Assembly (NCBI GenBank): GCA_964016885.1
Contig: OZ024741.1
Span: 377,084,001 to 377,148,000, forward strand
DNA: 64,000 nt
Reading direction: 5' to 3'
From: Eledone cirrhosa
Lineage: Eukaryota
Of this stretch, positions 55,051 to 64,000 are shown in pieces. The position numbers were made by a program, and so were the translations under genes. The notes under the pieces are model-generated. The model searched no databases. It saw nothing but the letters and a program-made list of their open reading frames with translations, and was not told where the DNA came from. The stretch's first letter is position 1. Each line of letters begins with the position of its first letter.

Positions 55051-56110
55051 CCAGGAGCCATAACCAAATGGCGAAAAATGGTAAATAATGATACAAATGG
55101 GACCTGCCCCTTGTATAGGAGCAAATTTTGCAATAGAATAGAAAGAACTAGAAATAAAATTAATAAAATAAACTTATGGTATGATAGCAATAAATACCAG
55201 AGTGTAATGTTCATCGATACAACCCCTAGAGGGGAACTAGCTTACACATTTAGAAGGGCCTTACATAAACTTAAATTAAATTTTAAGATAGTGGAAAGAC
55301 CAGGTACCACCATAAATCAGTTATTAGTAATACATACCCTTTTCAAAGAGTTCCCTGTATAGATAGGAAATGCATAATCTGTAAAACTAGAAATATAATA
55401 TATAGCATAAGATGCACTGAGGGACAACGTAAAGATGAGAATATAATGTACATAGGTGAAACAGCTCGTAGTATAGGAGAACGATTAAATGAACACTGGC
55501 GAGAATTACAAGATAGAAAAGACTCATCAGTACTCCATAAACATGCTACAATAGTACATAAGGGCAAATTAGAGAACATAGAAATAAAAATAGAATCTAC
55601 ACACAGAAAAGACCCAATTTTAGACAAATCACAGAAGCAATAAACATAAATGAACTCCAACCAAAATTAAAAAGAGAACATGAATGGAAAAGCAACATCA
55701 CAACTCACAAGTAAGGACAAAATGAAAACACACACACATAGAACAAACAACTAACTAGTAACATATAAATAAATAAATAAAAACACACACAGACACCTCG
55801 ATATAACACATGCGCAAACTAAGCATACAACACACAGAGAAACAAGATGGTGTAGGACAGAACAAAGGAGAGGCAGAAAACAAAGAAAATAATATCCTGT
55901 CACTGAAAAGGTCACATAATGTGTGACGAAAGATCTTTGACAATATATGAACAACCGTCCAGTTGTGGAACCAACCAAGCAACCCGAAATTTATAATTTT
56001 TTTAATTTATAATTTAATTTATAATAAATTGAAATGAAAGCAACTGGTGCGTGTGTTTCTTATTGACAACACAACCCTCCCAAAGTATAACAATATCGGT
56101 TTCAACAAAC
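55051..56110 (+). mobile_element. 3' part of a different Penelope-like family (GIY-YIG plus pLTR)
   Basis: SVMFIDTTPRGELA..KIVERPG, CIIC..NIIYSIRC and YIGETARSIGERLNEH..SSVLHKH. Confidence 0.9.
55898..55942 (+). ncRNA. Minimal hammerhead (G8A mutant)
   Basis: TGTCA-CTGAAAA-G-GTCAC..GTGAC-GAAA-GATC-TT-TGACA. Confidence 0.78.
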
Positions 56111-56476
56111 GTTTTCAGATTAAGAATCTTGCTAAAGAAATTCAGAAATATATATCTATATATATATATATATACTATAGAGTAAAGCATGTCCAGAGAA
56201 TTATTTGATAATATATATATACATCATCTCTACTCCCAATCAGCATAATTAACTACACAAAAAATCAATTCGACCAGGCTATAAGAATAAAAGGCACCTA
56301 TGAACAAACAGTAAATAAATGCCCACAGCAGCGTTTTTGCGTCCAACCGCTATTGAATATTTACCCAACATTTCAACAGCACGTGGAAATTAATTAAATA
56401 TACGGTCAACCATACATAATTAGGTAAAAAGTAAAGTTAGAAATGCTTATATACATACCAGGATTAAATCACTAAA

Positions 56477-56551
56477 TCCCGACCCATGGGTTTCGCTCAC
56501 ATTTTGAGATATCTTATTAAGGCTATCTTGAGTTTAGAGATCATCAGGGGA
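56477..56551 (-). ncRNA. Type I hammerhead ribozyme, GUC site
   Basis: TCCC-CTGATGA-extended stem II-GAAA-CCCATGGG-TC-GGGA. Confidence 0.92.
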
Positions 56552-57160
56552 CAAACTCTCTAGGACAGATTATTTTCCGATGTGGCCCCGCCAAACACGA
56601 ATTCAAAATTGTTGAGAACTGTGACGTGGCAGTGGTCAAGCTATGAAGGGTGTGATTGGTTGCTTACGGCGAGAGGGTTGGTTGCTAGAAAGCGCAGCCA
56701 ATATCGCCCAAATTGTATCTCAACCTTATGGGAGATAATTAAATGTAAATATGTACACATACACCAATTAAACAAAGTCACAGGTATATATGTGTTTTGG
56801 CAATTATTCACGATGTGGCTCAATGAAGAATTAATAAATTAAATAAACACAGCAAAATACTATAGAGTAAAGCGTGTCCAGAAAATTATTTGTTACTGTA
56901 TATACATCATCTCTACTCACAATCAATATAATTAACCACGCATAAAATCAATTAGACCAGGCTATAAGAATAAAAGGCACCTATGAAGAAACAGTAAATA
57001 AATACGCCACAGCAGCGTCTTCGCGTCCAACCGCTATATAATATTTACCCAACATTTCCACAGCTAGTGGAAATTAATTAAATATACGGTCAACCATACA
57101 TAATTAGGTAAAAATTAAAGTTAGAAATGCTTAAATACATACCAGGATTAAATCACTAAA

Positions 57161-57235
57161 TTCCGACCCATGGGTTTCGCTCACATTTCGATATATCTTA
57201 TTAAGGATATCTTGAGTTTAGATCTCATCAGGGGA
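57161..57235 (-). ncRNA. Type I hammerhead ribozyme, GUC site (third, 5'-truncated copy at 57845-57894)
   Basis: TCCC-CTGATGA-G..C-GAAA-CCCATGGG-TC-GGAA. Confidence 0.88.
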
Positions 57236-58414
57236 CACACTCGCTAGGACAGATTATTTTCTGAAGTGGCCCCGCCAAACACGAATTCAAAATGTCTGAG
57301 AACTATGACGTGGCAGTGGTCAAGTCAGGAAGGGTGTGATTGGTTGCTTACCGTGAGTGGGTTGGTTGCTAGAAAGCGCAGCCCAATATCGCCTAAATTG
57401 TGTCTCAACCTTATGGGAGATTATTAAATATAAATATTTACACTTACACAAATTAAACAAAGTCACAGGTATATATGTTTTTTGGCAACTATTCACGATG
57501 TGGCTCAATGAAGAATTAATAAATTAAATAATCAGAGCAAAATACTATAGAGTAAAGTATATCCAGAGAATTATTTGATAATATATATACATCATCTCTA
57601 CTCCCAATCGGCATAATTAACCACACAAAAACTCAATTAGACCAGGCTATAATAATAAAAGCACCTATGAAGAAACAGTAAATAAATACGCCACAGCAGC
57701 GTCTTCGCGTCCAACCGCTATAGAATATTTACCCAACATTTCAACAGCACGTGGAAATTAATTAAATATACGGCCAACCATACATAATTAGGTAAAAATT
57801 AAAGTTAGAAATGCTTATATACATACCAGGATTAAATCACTAAATTCAGACCCATGGGTTTCGCTCACATTTTGAGATATCTTATTAAGGATATGCCGTA
57901 TTTTGACTAAAGAAATTAAAGAAATTATTTAGCCTGATAGTGGGGTTAAGAATATATACATGTATGTGTGTGTGTGTGTGTGTGAGTGTGTTAGTAAATC
58001 ATATTTAAACACGGTTTGATGTTAGAATTTCTCATCATATTTCAGTTTTCCTAAAGTGCCTTCGCAGCTTTTGGGATACGCATCAGGTATATATTACTTT
58101 GTTAACGATAGCCATGTTGAGTTTGTGTAGCCAAAGATAAATAATTTATTAATGTTTTTATGATTATATAATTTATAATCTCCGATATTATTTTTACGTT
58201 GCATGTAGGGCAAACGGATACAAAATATGTGTTAATAAGAATTACTGAATACATTTTTCGACCCTTAATTTAAACTAAATAAAACTATGTCAAACTGGCT
58301 TGAACATTTCAAGAATATGTTTGTGTTTCTTTTATATTCCATTTAATATCACTTAAATTATAAATGGGATTATGTGTTTTAGTTTTATTGCAGGATGTCG
58401 CGTAATAACTTTCT

Positions 58415-58603
58415 GGTGGTTGGATTGGCAGTATCAGTAGAGAGTCGGACGCCATGCTTTCCAGCATAGTTACGTCCCTTTACGATCTGAGTTCAAATCC
58501 CGCCGAGGTTCACTTTGCCTTTCATCCTTACGGGGTCGGTAAAATAAAGTACCAGTAATGCACTGGATAATTGCTGGCCTTGTGCCTAAAGTAGAAACAA
58601 TTA
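58415..58603 (+). mobile_element. Full-length CORE-type SINE
   Basis: A box TGGCAGTATCAGTAG, B box GAGTTCAAATCC, core and tail. Confidence 0.9.
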
Positions 58604-58789
58604 TTTGTTTTGATAATGATTTCTTCTTATGACCATTATATGTTTAATTGTAATTCGGGTATTTGATATGGTAAAGCAGAAATCTGCTTTGGCAATTAAT
58701 GTCTGCATTTGCTAATATTGTCTATATGCTGATTTAAATAGCAAAATGTAGAAATTGATAACAATAATAATCATTATACTTAAATAAAA

Positions 58790-61190
58790 TGAAGCTTCGA
58801 TTGTGGTTTAGATCAAAATATGTCTTTGTCAACAATTTCAGAATGGATCGCTGCGTTGTGGGCTGTAGTCAAGCTAGTACATCGACGCTCAAATAATAAG
58901 GCAATTCCTTCCAATTCCATAGATACTCTAAATTATGTAAACGTTTCAACGCTCCATAGCACATGTGTGAGAATCCACCTTAGTGTATTCATCATACACA
59001 GCACTCGATATGATAATTTCCTTCAGTTATATCGTTTATGATGTCCTGTAAGACAATTGATTATGAGCTCATTATAATTAGAAATGTTTGAATTTGCTAT
59101 ATTTATATATATATATATATATTAAATGGAATATCGTCCATTCATATATCGTAAATATGACCCTTCGCTAAATCGTATTCTACTTTAAACGTCCCGGAAA
59201 ATAATTAAACAGACGTCGCTGGTGGATGATTAACTTCTTTATATTCCTGGTGCAGGAATATAAACTATAACTGTAACTGAAATCTTTTATCGACCGGTAT
59301 CAGCCGTAGCAGATTACGTATTTTATCAAGGCCAAAACCACATGTTAGTAGCTTACGTCTCTTAATACCTTACCGTCACTATTTTCAATTCGCTTACACA
59401 TGGAGATATCTATAGGAAATTAAATCATTTACAATTACCTCAGTTGTTTCATTAGATCTCTTCTATATTTAAATATCCCTTAAGGCTAGATTGTTCGTAT
59501 TCTTCTATTTCTTCGCAACGGAAACAATATCAAATATTTCCCTAATATATCAAGTGTAATTAATGTTATGTTTATTATGTTAATATAATTACTTTTAATA
59601 TATCTTTTACTTTGAGTAATTTGGATTAAAATTCCAGATGTTCATTATATTATCGTTTATCGTTTCCACGGAACTCGAACATTTAATTAAAAGGATATTG
59701 CAATTGAGTTTCTTACTTCAGATTTAATATGAGACTTGACATTAATTTACGACAACAATAAGTTGGCTTAAAATCCAGATTGGAACAGAAACTATCACTC
59801 CTCAATTTCATGCTTCCCATACTAAAGCTTATATCGACAAATGATTCCATCATATAGAATATGTCTATCGCAATTGAGGTATGCAGTATTCGTAACTTAC
59901 TCATGATTCTCGCCATTTCCTGGTCATCATCGTTCTCCCTTAACCCTTTTGTGGGTCGTCGGGACATTGCAGTGTTGAATGCCGTACCAACTGCCTACAT
60001 CTTAACCAAAGTACTCGCACATGACCGCCAGAGATCAAGACTAGTGTTGGTAACACAATACAAAACACTACCTATTTTATTACTGATATTCACAGTATTC
60101 CCTAATATATGAGAACAAATATAAAAGTGTTGCAAATACTGTAATAATTTAACAATAAAATATTTCATGATTTCTAACCTGTTTGATTAAATAAACACAA
60201 GGTTTATTAGAGATATTAATCACAGATATTAATAAAAAGATTGCATACTCACTAACTTAACTCATTTAATAAAAGTTCAGTTAAATTAGGGACTAAATAT
60301 CAAATAGATTTCATTTTGAGTTGAGAAACACTAATTTGATTGTCTAAATATTATTTAAATATGACACAGTAAATATGAATCAAGATTCTCGTAACCAAAA
60401 TGGATATTTTTAATTCTTAAACTATATTACTCAGACAAATTACAGACATGTTTCCTATCGGCGAAATGAGACTGTATGTTCTTATCTATATGTAACTTTC
60501 TCACTATATATGAGTAACAATATATCATAAATAAATTCTACTCCCTAGTTTCAGTGGGAGATATTCTTCAACCTTTAAGGAACATCTTCCCAATCCCTCT
60601 ATGGCGGTGCACAAGTCAACTACTGATTATCAACGCACGCAGGATGTAGATGCAAAGTTAACTTCACAACTTGGCTTTATTTGTTTTAGCTCCTACTCTG
60701 ACCATCAAACCTGTGACGTAAACAATTCATTTGCAGTTGTTTCCGTGATAGTTTACCTGTGACGTTCATTATATGCAACATCGTTCTACATTGAAATTGA
60801 TAGAGTGTGCTCTAAGACAGATTAAATACTTGTTTGCGAATGTCAACCAATCACGTAAATCTCTCTCATTGATTAATATATATGACGTTCTGTCATCAGA
60901 TAGTATACATTGTTCAATATTCCATAGGTTCAACCAGATCTATGAAATGATTATCACATAGTAAAATGATATACATCAAACTCCAGTTGTCATTGTTTCT
61001 TAGTTTCTAGTGAATCCGAGGAAATCAAATTAATTTTATTTGTGGCCATTCCACACTTCCGTTTTAATGACAGGTATGTATGATTGAAATGTTATTGGGC
61101 TTCTATTTGAAGTGAAACTACACGGTAATCACTCTGAACAGTGCAATAAGCAATTCCTTCTAGTTCTCTTGATGCAACCTTCAAAGGTTA
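58790..61190 (-). pseudogene. Two decayed Helitron-type helicase relics (58790-59040 and 60540-61190)
   Basis: AVYDEYTK (Walker B-like) followed by ELEGIALLF. The second copy has ELEGIAY..SDYR..WPQIK (cf. FGG..VL.GDFRQ..LW). Confidence 0.35.
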
Positions 61191-61584
61191 AATTACATTA
61201 ATAATAAAATAAACTGTGTAAAGGCTTAATAACAATATGCAGCATGATTGGAGTTTGTTGCATACATGTTATTAATATGATAATCTAAGCGATAGATGTC
61301 TTAAATATTAGGTTTTATTATAATTAAAGTTCAAGCAAGATGCAATGAAACTGGGGGGAATGCGACAGAGTTCAATATCATAGAGAAAAGTTACATCCTA
61401 CGATTTAGAATGACAGACCTAGAAACCACAAATATATAACCTGCAATATAGGGAATATGATATGATATCATGGAATGTTTATCACATTTGCCAACAAACA
61501 GATGATACTGAGGAAAGTACATCACAGCTAGATTTCGTTAGGAGTGTATGTATATATCTAGATTACAATATCCTGAAATAATCT

Positions 61585-61680
61585 CAAATTTGCCTTTCAT
61601 CCTTACGGGTCGATAAAATAACGTACGAGTAATGCACTGTGTTAATTGCTGGCCTTGTGCCAAAAGTAGAAGCAATTATT
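61585..61680 (+). mobile_element. CORE-type SINE 3' half
   Basis: TTTGCCTTTCATCCTTACGGGTCGATAAAAT..GGCCTTGTGCCAAAAG. Confidence 0.85.
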
Positions 61681-62628
61681 AGAGGTTTCAGATAATGGGC
61701 ATTAGAAAGCACAATTACATCAAATCATGAGAATATTACGAAATTTATATCACCTTTATAAGGGGAATCCCCTTGTGTGCTTCTGTCTAGTTCAGCATTT
61801 TGAACATAAGAACACTTCTATTCAATTTATTTTATATATAACTAATCCCTGGTTTTGGACAGTTTTGTTAAGTTCTATATTTATACAGTAGAAATAAATT
61901 ACTACCATTTCGTTGAGACCTCTTGTCATTCTGGCGAGTAACAAGCACTAGAATACTTGTCACAAAGCAGAATTGCAGATTATGAAAGACTGGAAGGCTA
62001 AAATAAAATGATGAATGAGTTTCTTAAATTCACTTATATTTTGCATCAATATTGTAAGAATGAAGAGTAAAACCAACCAAGGTATTATATGAAAACAGAA
62101 CTCAAGCAGCTGGAAAAATACCATAATCCGTTCTATATAATGCATTGGCTTATGGCTGCTACTTAACTGTTATTAACACTTTGTAACCTATCAAATACTA
62201 CCAAAACGTATCGGTAACATAATTTCCATCAAATCAAAATTAACGTGACTTAATTTTAGACAATATTTCTTGTTAAATGCAGTAGCAGTAGGCACATACT
62301 AACCTTCATAGAACATATTGTGTTCATTTTTGTTTGTTATAATTTTACATAAAATGCCATGGATTATAATCTGAATATTTGATTTTGTTTGGCAAGCTAT
62401 TGATTAAAATGTATATCATGGTATTACAGCAATCAGGAACCTAAACAAAAAGCAGCAAATAAATTCACTAGTGAATATTACAGTACTTCGTCCGTCAAAT
62501 AAGGTGAAACTATTTTTGTACTTCAAGGAGCGAGTAGAACTTAATTTTTCACTTTGGAATTACTTTCCGAAATGGCCTCAAATCACATCCCACCACCACA
62601 CCAGAAAATTTCTATAAAACCGCTTATT

Positions 62629-62722
<94 letters not shown>

Positions 62723-63524
62723 ATTCCAGTCACCAAAGCATTACACACACTCGTATTCACATAACCCGTATATACCATTCAACACACATAACCCTAAAAT
62801 CCCAAGTCCCACACATGCATATCCACCTTATCGAAGCAATGAGTACCACCTCGCACAAGAAGTAGCTTTCCCTGAACAGGACATGCACAGACACATATAC
62901 AGTTGCATCATATACAGATATATTTGCATCTAAGGTCATTATAACACGAACTACACAACTTATTAGCCAACAAATATGTGTGAGTAGTTGTACGTACGCA
63001 TATACACACCATCTGTCATCACACACTGCAGATATACAGCACCGCATAGCTCTCGCTTGAGAGTATATGTGTGCTTGTATTTCTTGCCTGCTCGGCTGCG
63101 TTCGCATGGCACTCTGTGTCGAAGATGGGTCACGGTTTGTGTTTAGTGTTTCACAACTATCCCCCCTCTCGCAGAACCCTTTCCCGACCCTATTCCTCTA
63201 CATGCATAAATTCACACAAAACTTCGTAGTTCAGCCGTTTTCGATTGTATCGTGATATCGTCGTACCCAAAGGCAAGCCCATTCTCTTACGAACATACAA
63301 TGAAATGAAACATGGCTAATATCATATTCACAACCGCCTCTCTTTCTCTACCCCCTCTTGTCACAGTTTCTGCATATGTGTATGTACGTATGCATTTATG
63401 TATGCATGTATCTATGTATGCATGTATGTATGTATGTATATATGCATGTATGCTATATGTTTATGTACGTATGCATGTAAGTGTACATGTATGTATGCTT
63501 GTATGTATGCATGCCTTTATGTAT

Positions 63525-63812
63525 CGAAGCACATGGTCTAGTGGTAAGTGTGTTGGACTTATGACCATACCGGTGTGGGTTACATTTCTGGATTGGGTTG
63601 CGTGTAGTGTTCGTGACCAAATAACTTCATTTCATGTTGCTCCATTATACTCAACTGAAAATGAGTATGATCAATTACTGGGAATTTAATACTGCGAATG
63701 TCTGGCGTCCTGTCCAGAGGGGAGTATTGTACTCTCCTTTGCTTAACGCCTTGAACACCGCGATAAGCACTGACCTGATGAGCCTCCGGGCCAGAGAAGA
63801 CTTTAGATTTTA
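63525..63812 (+). mobile_element. tRNA-derived SINE with a V-domain-like central region
   Basis: A box TGGTCTAGTGGTAAG, CTGCGAATGTCTGGCGTCCTGTCCAG (V-SINE-like) and a short-repeat tail. Confidence 0.6.
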
Positions 63813-64000
63813 GATGTATGCGTGTATGTATGTATGTATGTAAGTATGTATATATGGATATATGTTCAAATGACGTATCAAATAAAGGTTGATGGAAAAA
63901 AGGGAAAGAAAGGGCGGTAATTAATAAATATTAAAGGCGAGTTACTAATTAATAAATGTTTATAACAATATAATAACAATAATAAATAATAGGGCTAATG

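Larger units (their letters stand above)
56173..57894 (-). mobile_element. Retrozyme-like tandem array, ~684-bp unit, about 2.5 copies
   Basis: TACTATAGAGTAAAG at 56173, 56858 and 57543. One hammerhead per unit, non-coding, with the 3' end at (TA)n. Confidence 0.92.

Noticed and set aside
56173-57894. CRISPR-like or simple satellite interpretation of the tandem arrays
   Set aside because: No repeat-spacer structure. The units are long, eukaryotic and carry ribozymes.
61960-62145. Hydrophobic 61-aa ORF
   Set aside because: No recognisable motif or splice support, and consistent with AT-rich background.
63776-63800. CTGATGAGCC..GGC hammerhead-like start
   Set aside because: No GAAA or stems I and III. 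It fits the 3' stem-loop of a SINE tail.

Overview
AT-rich, microsatellite-saturated eukaryotic DNA, most likely an octopus or other coleoid cephalopod (inferred from the SINE families and (TA)n density). It contains no intact protein-coding gene, and nearly all long ORFs in the track are microsatellite translations. The window holds at least seven decayed Penelope-like retroelements (PLEs; RT plus GIY-YIG endonuclease) inserted into (TA)n tracts. It also holds RTE, L1-like and Helitron-like relics, about ten tRNA-derived SINEs and probable pseudo-exons of a host gene on the minus strand. The main signal is a dense set of minimal type I hammerhead ribozymes (about 20 intact or degenerate copies from about ten families). 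Many sit in non-coding tandem or circularly permuted units that look like PLE-mobilised retrozymes: a 684-bp tandem array, a 441-bp circularly permuted family and a 1193-nt LTR-like unit. Other observations are a shared GAGYRCTY motif near element 3' ends, pervasive fold-back insertions, and one SINE copy with a strand-specific A-to-G signature suggestive of ADAR hyper-editing. All alignments and folds were done by eye, so element boundaries are approximate.
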